Shown here piece by piece: positions 1-11,339 of a stretch of 64,000 bases of DNA (position 1 is the first letter of the stretch; each line of letters opens with the position of its first letter). The position numbers were made by a program, and so were the translations under genes. This DNA is from Mobula hypostoma (taxonomy: Eukaryota), in assembly GCF_963921235.1 (NCBI RefSeq), contig NC_086100.1:201068001-201132000 (forward strand), given 5' to 3'. The notes beneath the pieces are model-generated. The model was not told the origin of the DNA. It saw only the letters and a list, made by a program, of their open reading frames with translations, and did no database searches.

Positions 1-300
1 GGTTGTGGGAACAGTTCAGTGATGGGGCGAGTGAAGTTGAGTGTAGTTAGCCCCTCTGGTTCAAAAGCCTGATGGTTGAGGGGTAATAACTGTTCCTGAA
101 CCTGGTGGTGTGAGTCCTGAGGCTCCTGTACCTCCTTCCCGATGGCAGCAGTGAGAAGAGAGCATGTCCTGGGTATTCGGGGTCTTTGACGTTGGATTCT
201 GCTTTCCTGGCAGTGCTCCTTGCAGATGTGCTCAATGGCAGGGAGGGTTTTACCTGTGATGGACTGGGCTGTATCCACTACTTTCTGTAGGCTTTTCAGT
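1..300 (-). mobile_element. Rex1/Babar-like LINE 3' fragment
   Basis: ORF 47-235 'PGHALFSLLPSGRRYRSLRTHTTRFRNSYYPSTIRLLN' is the typical C-terminus of this LINE group. Confidence 0.75.
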
Positions 301-1416
301 TCAAGGTGTTTCCATATCTGCTAAATCTTACTGAATGTTGGACCAGGCTAGTACAACATGGGATCATTCCTGCTCCCATTACCTCTGCTCCTTTGTCCAT
401 GTCATTTGGTGATTTGTGCTTTGGCCATGATATAACATTTTCAGTTTTGCTGATGACACAATACAAAGTAGGAATCGGAGGGAGATAACAATGCCCAGAA
501 GTTTCTGACCATCTGAATGAGATGTAATGAGCAGGAGCATATGCAAACCCACTCCTGGAAAACGTCCTCCATTCCCTGAGGTTGACCTTGGTCACCACAC
601 TGCTTCATCTGTCCTCAACTGACTTCCCTGTGTGTCCATCTCCCAGCGTGAGGGTTTTCAGTGGCTTGGCCTCCACGGTTCTCTAGGGTAGACTTACAGC
701 CTTCTGTGAGGAAAAATGCTCCTCATGTCTGTCTGAAAGAAACAACCCCTTATTTTGAAACAATGTCCTGAGAAGCTGATCAGAGAGAGAGAGAGATCAC
801 ATAGACCTTTTCCCTGGCCATCAAGAGGCCTTTTTCCAAGCTGATCAGAGGCAGTGATCGAGCGGACAGCCAGAGATCTTGTCTCAGGACTCAAATGGCA
901 AATACCGGGGGGCATAATTCGAAGGTGATTGGAGGAAAGTATAGGGGGATGTCAGAGATAAAGATTTTTTACACAGAGATTCGTGGGTGTGTGGAACACC
1001 CTGCCAGGAGTGATGGTAGTGGTAGATACATTAGGGATATTTAAGAGACTCTTAAGTGGGCACATGGCTGTTAGAAAAAAGGACAACCATGTAGTTGTAG
1101 AATTTCACAACAGATGCCGGTGATAATAAACCTGATTTTGATTCTGATGGAAAGTAAATCAATCTAATTTGGAGTAGGTTAAGGGGACAGCCCAACATCG
1201 TGGGCGAAGGGCATGTATGGTGTTGTAATGCTCAGTATTCCAATAACTCACAAGGGGAGTTATGCTCTCCCCAACCACCCCACACAATCTTCACAAGATC
1301 TCCCATTCGTGGAGTTCATGATGCTCTTGGGACACCCTTTCCAAAGTCTCCACATCCTTCCTGGACTGTGGAAGATGGAATTACAGTCAGCATGAGGAAC
1401 TTCAGTCAGCTTCACT

Positions 1417-1915
1417 GAGCTGGAGTTGGTAATATTCGGAATTGTTGGGACGGACTGTCATCGACTGGAGTTGGTAACATTCGGAATCGTGGGGATGGAG
1501 TGTCATCGACTGGAGTCGGTAACATTCGGAATCGTGGAGATGGAGTGTCATCGACTGGAGTCGGCAACATTCGGAATCGTCGGGAAGGAGTGTGTCACCG
1601 ACTGTAGTTGGTAACATTCGGAATCGTGAGACAGTGTCATCGACTGGAGTCGGTAACATTCGGAATCGTCGAGAAGGAGTGTCACCGACTGTAGTTGGTA
1701 ACATTCGGAATCGTCGGGACGGAGTGTCATCGACTGGAGTCGGTAACATTCGGAATCGTCGGGACGGAGTGTCATCGACTGGAGTCGGTAACATTCGGAA
1801 TCGTCGGGACGGAGTGTCATCGACTGGAGTCGGTAACATTCGGAATCGTCGGGACGGAGTGTCATCGACTGGAGTCGGTAACATTTGGAATCGTCGGGAC
1901 GGAGTGTGTCATCGA
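1417..1915. repeat. 45-bp CpG-rich minisatellite, about 11 copies
   Basis: unit GGAGTGTCATCGACTGGAGTCGGTAACATTCGGAATCGTCGGGAC; near-perfect central copies. Confidence 0.95.
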
Positions 1916-1919
1916 TTTA

Positions 1920-2975
1920 TCCAGCATGGAAACTGGCCCCTTAGCCCAACTGGTCTATGGTGATCACAATGTCACATCAAAACTAGGCCCATTCACCAGT
2001 GTTTGGCCCAACCATCTAAACACTACTGTCCACGTACTTGTCCAACTGTATGAAAAAACTGTTATTGTACCTGCCTCAACCACTTCCTCTGCAGTTGATC
2101 ACTTTGTGTTTCAAAATAAAAGGAGGCCCTGAAACTCGTCTTCAATGTTTTGCCTCTCATCTTAAACCTCTCCCCTTTAGTTCTCAATTGCCCAACACTG
2201 GGTAAAGAGTGTATTCACCCTATCTGTTCCCCTCATGGTTTTAAACACCTCTATGAGATCACTTTTCAGTCTCCAATGCTCCAAAGAAGTCCCATCCCGT
2301 CCATCCTCTCTCTATAACACATTCTCTCAAGTTCTGGCAGTATCATCATAAATCTTTCCTGCACTCTCTCCAGTTTGACAACATCTTTCCTATACCAGGG
2401 TGAGCAAAACTGAACAGAATACTCAAAGTGGGACCTCACCTGCCTCCTGTACAATCACACTGTGACTTCCCAACTTTTAAACTCAGTATCCTGAGTTGCG
2501 AAAGCTAGCACGGCAAAAGTCCTCTTCACCATCCTGTCTACCTGTGACTCCAGCTTCAGGGAACCATGTGCTTGCACTCCTACCCTGTTCTACAACAGCC
2601 CGCACGGTCCTGCCTTTCGGTGTGGAGATCCCATCAGGATTTGACTTTCCAATATGCAACACCTCACATTTATCCAGATTAAACTCCATTTGCCATTCCT
2701 TGGCCCACTTCCCCAGCTGATCAAGATCCCCTGCAATTTCTGATAAACTTCTTCGTTGCCTGCTGTACCATCTATCTTAGTGTCACCTACAAACTCAAGT
2801 TCCTTTATATTTCTCCCCCTCACCTTAAACCTCTGCCCTCTAGTTCTTGATTCTCCAACCCTGGGGGAGAATGATTGTGACCACCCACATTATTGACTCC
2901 GTTCATGATGTTATAAAACCTCCATGAAGTCATCCCTCAGCTTCGTTCTCTCCAGGGGACATGGCCCCAGCCTGT
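1920..2975 (-). mobile_element. Degenerate CR1 LINE 3' fragments
   Basis: ORFs 'VRSHFEYSVQFCSPWYRKDVVKLERVQ', 'MEFNLDKCEVLH', 'FVGDTKIDG'. Confidence 0.85.
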
Positions 2976-2983
2976 ACTATTAC

Positions 2984-3250
2984 TTGTTTATATTTATTCA
3001 GAGATACAGTGCGGAACTGGTCCTTCTGGCCCCTTGAGTCACACCGCCCAGCAACCCTCCTAATCACGGGACAATTTACAATAACAGAGTAACTTACTAA
3101 CCGATACGCCTTTGGACGGTGCACCCAGAGCACCCAGTGGAAACCCACCCATTCCACGGGGGAGATGTACAGATACTCCTTTCGGAGGGCTCCACCATTG
3201 ACCTCTGAACTCCAATGCCCCAAGCTCTAGTAGCATCATGCTAACCACTG
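2984..3250 (-). mobile_element. tRNA-derived V-domain SINE (HE1-like)
   Basis: reverse strand shows an A-box-like 'cagtggttagcat', a V-domain-like core and a LINE-like tail; homologous to the copy at 18084-18350. Confidence 0.65.
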
Positions 3251-3494
3251 TGTTTATATTTATGCCCAATTTACTTTGAAATCCAATTCTCTTAACTTGC
3301 AGTGAGAATAGACCCAACCAGCACAACCAGTTTTAATGTGCCGACATCCTTAATCCAGGAATCAAATCTCAAGCAAACACATCCTTCCTTAGAATGAAGA
3401 CCAGGAGAGTCTCACCAATGCCCTGTAAAGTTGAAACACATCCCTGTCTTTACTGTCCACACTCTGTGCAATGGCCAATGGTTCTTTAAGCTTC

Positions 3495-5332
3495 CGACCT
3501 ATGTTCGTGACACTTCTCACGCTCTTAAACTTTTCGATGATTTTAAGTTCCCTGGCCCCCACTGCTTTATTTTCACCATGGATGTCCAGTCCTTATATAC
3601 TTCCATCCCCCATCAGGAAGGTCTCAAAGCTCTACGCTTCTTTTTGGATTCCAGACCTAATCAGTTCCCCTGTACCACCACTCTGCTCCGTCTAGCGGAA
3701 TTAGTCCTTACTCTTAATAATTTCTCCTTTGGCTCCTCCCACTTCCTCCAAACTAAAGGTGTAGCTATGGGCACCCGTATGGGTCCTAGCTATGCCTGCC
3801 TTTTTGTTGGCTTTGTGGAACAATCTATGTTCCGTGCCTATTCTGGTATCTGTCCCCCACTTTTCCTTCGCTACATCAACGACTGCATTGGTGCTGCTTC
3901 CTGCACGCATGCAGAGCTCGTTGACTTTATTAACTTTGCCTCCAACTTTCACCCTGCCCTCAAGTTTACCTGGTCCATTTCCGACACCTCCCTCCCCTTT
4001 CTAGATCCTTCTGTCTCTGTCTCAGGAGACAGCTTATCCACTGATGTCTACTATAAGCCTACTGACTCTCGCAGCTATCTGGACTATTCCTCTTCTCACC
4101 CTGTCTCTTGCAAAAACGCCATCCCCTTCTCGCAATTCCTCCGTCTCCGCCGCATCTGCTTTCAGGATGAGGCTTTTCATTCTAGGACGAGGGAGATGTC
4201 TTCCTTTTTTAAAGAAAGGGGCTTCCCTTCCTCCACTATCAACTCTGCTCTTAAACGCATCTCCCCCATTTCACGTACATCTGCTCTCACTCCATCTTCC
4301 CGCCACCCCACTAGGAATAGGGATCCCCTGGTCCTCACCTACCACCCCACCAGCCTCCGGGTCCAACATACTATTCTCCGTAACTTCCGCCACCTCCAAC
4401 GGGATCCCACCACTAAGCACATCTTTCCCTCCCACCGTCTCTCTGCATTCCGCAGGGATCGCTCCCTACGCAACTCCCTTGTCCATTCGTCCCCCCCCAT
4501 CCCTCCCCACTGATCTCCCTCCTGGCACTTAGCCGTGTAAGCGGAACAAGTGCTACACATGCCCTTACACTTCCTCCCTTACCACCATCAGGGCCCCAAA
4601 CAGTCCTTCCAGGTGAGGCAACACTTCACCTGTGAGTCGACTGGGGTGATATACTGCATCCGGTGCTCCCGATGTGGCCTTGTATATATTGGCGAGACCC
4701 GACGCAGACTGGGAGACCGCTTTGCTGAACATCTACGCTCTGTCCGCCAGAGAAAGCAGGATCTCCCAGTGGCCACACATTTTAATTCCACATCCCATTC
4801 CCATTCTGACATGTCTATCCACGGCCTCCTCTACTGTAAAGATGAAGCCACACTCAGGTTGGAGGAACAACACCTTATATTCCGTCTGGGTAGCCTCCAA
4901 CCTGATGGCATGAACATCGACTTCTCTAACTTCCGCTAAGGCCCCACCTCCCCCTCGTACCCCATCTGTTACTTATTTTTATGCACACATTCTTTCTCTC
5001 ACTCTCCTTTTTCTCCCTCTGTCCCTCTGAATATACCTCTTGCCCATCCTCTGGGTCACCCCCCCCATTGTCTTTCTTCCCAGACCTCCTGTCCCATGAT
5101 CCTCTCATATCCCCTTTTGCCTATCATCTGTCCAGCTCTCGGCTCTATCCCTCCCCCTCCTGTCTTCTATCATTTTGGATCTCCCCTTCCCTCTCCAACT
5201 TTCAAATCCCTTACTCACTCTTCCTTCAGTTAGTCCTGACGAAGGGTCTCGGCCTGAAACGTCGAGTGCACCTCTTCCTAGAGATGCTGCCTGGCCTGCT
5301 GCGCTCACCAGCAACTTTGATGTGTGTTGCTT
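3495..5332 (+). mobile_element. Penelope-like retroelement, 5'-truncated (RT + C-terminal GIY-YIG endonuclease + hammerhead-bearing 3' region)
   Basis: RT motifs DVQSLYTSI, GVAMGTRMGPSYA, RYIND; GIY-YIG 'VIYCIRC..C...YIGET.RRLGDRF.EH'; 14-bp TSD GTTCTTTAAGCTTC at 3481-3494 and 5333-5346; frame disrupted near 4500-4532. Confidence 0.95.
5232..5267 (+). ncRNA. Minimal type I hammerhead ribozyme motif in PLE 3' region (stem I mismatch)
   Basis: AGTC-CTGACGA-AGGGTCTCGGCCT-GAAA-CG-TC-GAGT: CUGANGA and GAAA cores, GUC cleavage triplet. Confidence 0.75.
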
Positions 5333-5548
5333 GTTCTTTAAGCTTCTTTATTACCCACTGTACCTGCACACTGACCATTTACATCTCATGGATGAGGACT
5401 TGGACAAATTGGGGAATGGCCAAACCAGTGGCAGATGGAATACGGAGTAGGGAAATACACGGTCATGCACCCTGCTAGAAAAAATAAAGGCGCAGATTAT
5501 TTTCGAGATAGGTAGTGAATTCAGAAACTCGAGGTGCAAAAAGACTTG

Positions 5549-5704
5549 TTTTTGGATCTCCCCCTCCCCCTCCCACTTTCAAATCTCTTACTAGCTCTTC
5601 TTTCAGTTAGTCCTGACGAAGGGTCTCGGCCTGAAACGTCGACTGCACCTCTTCCTAGAGATGCTGCCTGGCCTGCTGTGTTCACCAGCAACTTTTATGT
5701 GTGT
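5549..5704 (+). mobile_element. 156-bp PLE 3'-end mini-insertion inside a CR1
   Basis: near-identical to 5172-5330; 14-bp TSD TGCAAAAAGACTTG at 5535-5548 and 5705-5718. Confidence 0.9.
5609..5644 (+). ncRNA. Minimal type I hammerhead ribozyme motif
   Basis: AGTC-CTGACGA-AGGGTCTCGGCCT-GAAACGTC-GACT; stem I AGTC/GACT; palindromic ACGT in place of stem III. Confidence 0.8.
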
Positions 5705-6295
5705 TGCAAAAAGACTTGGGAGTCCCAGTCAACGTTCCCTCCAAGGTGTGCCACAAAAGGTTGTCACCTTCTACCTCAGTGCCATGTTAAGTGTATCTCA
5801 CTATCGTACACAATCATATTTCCTTTTCCGGTTTCTGATGCAGATAGTGTTGACAATGTGGGATTTGTGATGATTTGTCTGCAGATTTTAGAACTAGCTT
5901 ATTTATACTGTTTTTATTGAAGAAATTATTCAGTGCACACATTGTTGTCACTGGGCACAAAATTGCACAGCACAAGAATTTTGCGCACACTGGCCATTAC
6001 AAATGAGAGAGAACATTTTCTCCCAGTGCAGAATTCCCTAAAGGTTGATTTGCAGACTGAGTCTGTGGTGAGGAAGGCAAATGCAATCTTCACATTCATT
6101 CCCAGAGATGTGACACTAAGAGTTCCCAGCACTCTGGTAAAATTAAATTTCAAATACTGTGAGCAGTTTTGGACCACTTATCTGAGAAAAGATGTGCTGG
6201 CGTTGGTTCACAAGAATGATTCCAAGAATGTAACGATTAACGTATGAAGAATGTTTGATGTCTCTGGCCTGTTTAGAAGGATTTCATTGAAACTA

Positions 6296-6873
6296 TGAGG
6301 AGTGGTTGATAACTTCGTGACCTAACGTAGAAGGATTCAATTTTAGAAAACCTGGCACATTTATTTTTGAACATAGTCCCCTCCTACATTTACACACTTA
6401 GTTCAGCGGTTGTGGAGCATACGGATCCCTTCTTTGTGGAAGTGGTCTACAGCAGGGGTGATTGATAAGTTCGTGGCCTAAGGTAGAAGGAGATGAGTTA
6501 TTAACTTCAAATTTCCTGCATTATCACTCAAAGAGTTGAACTGCACGTGCATGTGACGAGAGCATCTTGGACCTCCAGGTGGTCCACAGCAGGAGTGATT
6601 GATAAGTTCGTGGCCTAAGGTAGAAGGAGATGAGTTATACAGCTCTCGTTACATGTACAGCAGTTGAGTGAAAATGCAGAAAGTTTGAAGTTACTAACTC
6701 ATCTCCTTCTACTTTTGGGCCACAAATTTATCAATCACCCCTGCCGTGGACCATTTCTGGATATGCTCCCTGACCACTGGAGTAAGTGTGTAAATGTAGG
6801 AAGAATAAATGTGCTAGGTTTTCTAAAATTGAGTCCGTCTACGTCAGGCCACGAACTTATCAATCACCCCTCG
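6296..6873. mobile_element. Mariner-derived palindromic MITE inserted at a TA in a CR1
   Basis: ~40-bp TIRs (CGAGGGGTGATTGATAAGTTCGTGGCCT...), TA flanks at 6294-95 and 6874-75; transposase C-terminal remnant 'KCVNVGGDYV.K' on the minus strand near 6365-6410 and 'WSKCVNVG' on the plus strand near 6778-6801. Confidence 0.85.
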
Positions 6874-7420
6874 TATATTGAATAATGAACGTGCAGAGGC
6901 GGTTTCCTATAGTGTGGGGTTTAGGACCAAAGGACACAGCCTAAAAATAAAAGGGTGTCCCTTTAAAACAGAGATGAGAGGTAATTTCTTCACTTGGAAG
7001 GTGGCGAATCTTTGCAATTCATTGCCACAGACAGCTGCAGATGCAAATTCATTATGTACATTTAAAGCAGAAGTCAATAGGTTATTGTAAAGTCATGAGG
7101 AGAAGGCAAGAGAATGAGGTTAAAGGGATAAAAATTCAGCCATGACAACAGCACAGACCCGATGGGCCAAATGGCCTAATATTGCTCCTATGTCTTATGG
7201 TGATGGGCTGTAATATGAGAATGATGGAGATCATTTAGGTGATAAGATTATAGGGGTGTAAGAGTGTGGGATGGTTTGGATGGTGAGATGCTGGCAGGGA
7301 TGTCAACAGAGCAGCAATGGTGTGCGTTTCTGGGGAAAAATCAGGAAGGTGCAGGACATGTGTATTCCAAAAATGAAGAAACACTCAAATAGTAAAATAG
7401 TACAACGTGGCTGACAAGGG

Positions 7421-9280
7421 AACCATAGAACCATAGAAACTACAGCACAGAAACAGGCCTTTTGGCCCTTCTTGGCTGTGCCGAACCATTTTCTGCCTCG
7501 TCCCACTGACCTGCACACGGACCATATCCCTCCATACGCCTCCCATCCATGTATCTGTCCAATTTATTCTTAAATGTTAAAAAAGAACCTGCATTTACCA
7601 CCTCGTCTGGCAGCTCATTCCATACTCCCACCACTCTCTGTGTGAAGAAGCCCCCCTAATGTTCCCTTTAAACTTTTTCCCCCTCACCCTTAACCCATGT
7701 CCTCTGGTTTTTTTCTCCCCTTGCCTCAGTGGAAAAAGCCTGCTTGCATTCACTCTATCTATATCCATCATAATTTTATACATCTCTATCAAATCTCCCC
7801 TCATTCTTCTACGGTCCAGGGAATAAAGTCCTAACCTATTCAACCTTTCTCTGTAACTGAGTTTCTCAAGTCCCGGCAACATCCTTGTAAACCTTCTCTG
7901 CACTCTTTCAACCTTATTTATATCCTTCCTGTAATCTGGTGACCAAAACTGAACACAATACTCCAGATTCGGCCTCACCAATGCCTTATACAACCTCATC
8001 ATAACATTCCAGCTCTTATACTCAATACTTTGATTAATAAAGGCCAATGTACCAAAAGCTCTCTTTACGACCCTATCTACCTGTGACGCCACTTTTAGGG
8101 AATTTTGTATCTGTATTCCCAGATCCCTCTGTTCCACTGCACTCCTCAGTGCCTTACCATTAACCCTGTATATTCTACCTTGGTTTATCCTTCCAACGTG
8201 CAATACCTCACACTTGTCTGTATTAATCTCCATCTGCCATTTTTCAGCCCATTTTTCCAGCTGGTCCAAGTCCCTCTGCAGGCTCTGAAAACCTTACTCA
8301 CTGTCTACTACACCTCCAATCTTTGTATCATCAGCAAATTTGCTGATCCAGTTTACCACATTATCATTCAGATCATTGATATCGATGACAAATAACAATG
8401 GACCCAGCACTGATCCCTGTGGCACACCACTAGTCACAGGCCTCCACTCGGAGAAGCAATTCTCTACTACCACTCTTTGGCTTCTTCCATTGAGCCAATG
8501 TCTAATCCAATTTACCACCTCTCCATGTATACCTAGCGACTGAATTTTCCTAACAAACCTCCCATGTGGGACCTTGTCAAAGGCCTTACTGAAGTCCATG
8601 TAGACAATATCCAATGCCTTCCCTTCATCCACTTTCCTGGTAACCTCCTCGAAAAACTCCAATAGATTGGTCAAACATGACCTACTACGCACAAAGCCAT
8701 GTTGACTCTCCCTAATAAGTCCCTGTCTATCCAAATGCTTGTAGATTCTGTCTCTTAGTATTCCCTCCAATAACTTACCTACTACCGACGTTAAACTCAC
8801 TTGCCTATAATTTCCCGGATTACTTTTTGATCCTTTTTTAAACAACGGAACAACATGAGCTACTCTCCAATCCTCCGGCACCTCACCTGTAGACAGCGAC
8901 ATTTTAAATATTTCTGCCAGGGCCCCTGCCATTTCAACACTAGTCTCCTTCCAGGTCCGAGGGAACACCCTGTCAGGTCCCGGGGATTTATCCACTTTAA
9001 TTTTCCTCAAGACAGCAAGCACCTCCTCCTTTTCAATCTGTACAGTTTCCATGATCTCACTACTTGATTCCCTCAATTCCATAGAATTCATGCCAGTTTC
9101 CTTAGTAAATACAGATGCAAAAAACCTATTTAAGATCTCCCCCATTTCCTTTGGTTCCGCACATAGCCGACCACTCTGATCTTCAAGAGGACCAATTTTA
9201 TCCCTTACAATCCTTTTGCTCTTAATACACCTGTAAAAGCTCTTTGGATTATCCTTCACTTTGACTGCCAAGGCAACCTC
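7421..9280 (-). mobile_element. Young CR1 (HER1-like) LINE, 5'-truncated, nested in another CR1
   Basis: RT ORFs 8294-9271 and 7595-8269 ([27 protein letters not shown]); (TTCTATGG)n 3' tail. Confidence 0.95.
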
Positions 9281-10756
9281 AAGTCAAAGCTATTGTAAAA
9301 GCAAAAGAAAGGGAATACAACAAAGCAAAAATTAGTGAGAAGATAGAGGATTGGGAAGTTTTTAAGACCTACATAGAGCCACTAAGAAAATCATTAGATG
9401 AGAAAAGATGAAATATGAAAGCAAGCTAGCAAATAATATCAAAGTAGATAGTAAAATTTTTTTCAAGTATGTTAAAAATAAAAGAGAAATGAGAGTGGAT
9501 ATAGGACTGCTAGAAAATGAGCCCTGAGAAATAATAACGAGAGACAAGGAGATGGCTGATAACAAATTAGTATTTTGCATCAGTCTTCACTGTGGAAGAC
9601 ACTAGCAGTGCCTGATGTTGTCATGTGTGAAGGAAGAGAAGTGGGTGTATTTACTGTTACAAGAGAGAAGGAGAGAAAGTTACTAACATGTTAGCGCATT
9701 GGCTGATTTGTAGGAGGCAGTGAGTGGGAATAATAGGACCCTTTTCTGGTTGGCTGCCAGTGACTAGTGGTGTTCCACGGGGATCACTGCTTCTTTTCAT
9801 GCTGTATATAAATGATTTAGATGATGGAGCAGATGGCGTTGTTGCCAAGTTTACAGATGATATGAAGATTGGTGGAGGGGCAGGTAGTGTTGAGAAAACA
9901 GGTAGGATGCAGAATGAATTAGACAGATTCAAAGATTGGGCAAGAAGGGCAAATGTTGGAAAATGCATGGTCTTGCACTTTGGTAGTAGAAATAAATGTG
10001 CAGACTATTTTCTAAACGGAGAGAAAATCCAGGAATCTGAGATGCAGAGGGACTTGGGAGTTCTTGTGCAGAACACCCTAAAGGTTAACTTGCAGGTAGA
10101 GTCGATGGTGAGGAAGGCAAATGCAATGTTAGCATTCATTTCAAGAGATCTTGAGTACAAGAGCAGGGATGTGATGCTGAGGCTTTATAAGGCACTGGTG
10201 AGGCCTCACCTTGAGTATTGTGAACAGCTTTGGGCCCCTCATCTTAGAAAAGATGTACTGGCATTGGAGAGGGTTCACAGGAGGTTCACAAGGATGATTC
10301 CAGGAATGAAAGGGTTATCATACGAGGACCATTTGATGGCTCTGGGCCTGTACTTGCTGGAATTCAGAAGGATGAAGGGAGGATCACATTGAAATCTTTT
10401 GAATGTTGAAAGGCCTAGACAGAGTAGATGTGGAAAGGATGTTTCCCATGGTGGGGGAGTCTACGTCAAGAGGGCACAGCCTCAGGATAGAGGGGTGTCC
10501 ATTCAAAACAGAGATGTGGAGAAATTTCTTTAGCCAAAGTTTGGTGAATTTGTGGAATTTGTTGCCACATGCAGCTGTGGAGGACAGGTCATTGGGTGTA
10601 TTTAATTGGGTTCTTGACTGGACATAGCATCAAAAAATATTGGGAGAAGGCTGGGAAGTGGGGCTGAGGAGGAAATAGAAATAAGATCTGCCACGATTGA
10701 ATGATGGAACAGATGGCCTAATTCTGCTCCTATATCTTATGGTCTTATGTCTTATG
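9281..10756 (+). mobile_element. CR1 LINE host element (5' part at 7285-7420), internally deleted
   Basis: ORFs 9724-10392 and 10403-10627; TCTTATGG-type tail. Confidence 0.9.
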
Positions 10757-10759
10757 GAT

Positions 10760-10990
10760 AGATTGTGTACAGAGTGGTTTAGTTGGTGGGACTGGGTGGG
10801 ATAGGGCATTGTGTACAGAGAGGTTTGGGTGGTGGGTCTGGGTGGGTTAGGACATTGTGTAGAGTGGTTTGGATGGTGGGACTGGATGGGATTGAGGATT
10901 GTGTACAGAGTGGTTTTGGTGCTGGGTCTGAGTGGGATAGGACATTGTGTAGAGCGGTTTGGGTGGTGGGACTGGTGGTACAGAGTGGAT
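10760..10990. repeat. G-rich ~45-bp tandem repeat, about 5 copies, just upstream of exon A
   Basis: unit approx ATTGTGTACAGAGTGGTTTGGGTGGTGGGACTGGGTGGGATAGGAC. Confidence 0.85.
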
Positions 10991-11027
10991 TTCAGTCAAT
11001 TATGTCTAATCACTGATTGTTTTCCAG

Positions 11028-11099
11028 TACCAGGTCCTTGGGAAGAATAAGGATGCTGTGGTGAAGAGGATGCTCAACATTGCAAACACGATGGACATG
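11028..11099 (+). CDS. adam15: ADAM15-like exon A (metalloprotease N-terminal helix), YQVLGKNKDAVVKRMLNIANTMDM
   Basis: tttccag|TAC...ATG|gtgagt; 72 nt, phase 0/0; resembles the ADAM 'R.LEIAN.VD' helix and joins in frame to exon B. Confidence 0.85.
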
Positions 11100-11339
11100 G
11101 TGAGTGAGTTTACCACATATCACACAGTCTTATCCACACCCGTAACCACTCGAATAATGAATCCTCCTACTCACCTCAGTCAGAACAACGTGAGAAATGC
11201 AAATTGTGGCAGGTACTGGTTACCTGCAATAAAAGCCAAAGACGCTTGTCGTGAGAGAATGTCTGACTGCTGAGCTCTTTGGATGAGAGTGAAGTCAGCA
11301 AGGGCAGAGTGGCACAAGGCTCAGTCAATGGGGGACAGC

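Noticed and set aside
1402..2132. Repetitive ORFs and a CRISPR-like appearance
   Set aside because: Head-to-tail 45-bp repeats with no unique spacers, no cas genes, vertebrate context
1..11027. Preceding ADAM exon (furin site / 'YVEL..V.D')
   Set aside because: No convincing match with splice sites found; 'FVEFMMLL' near 1310 lacks the motif and junctions. The exon is probably upstream of the window
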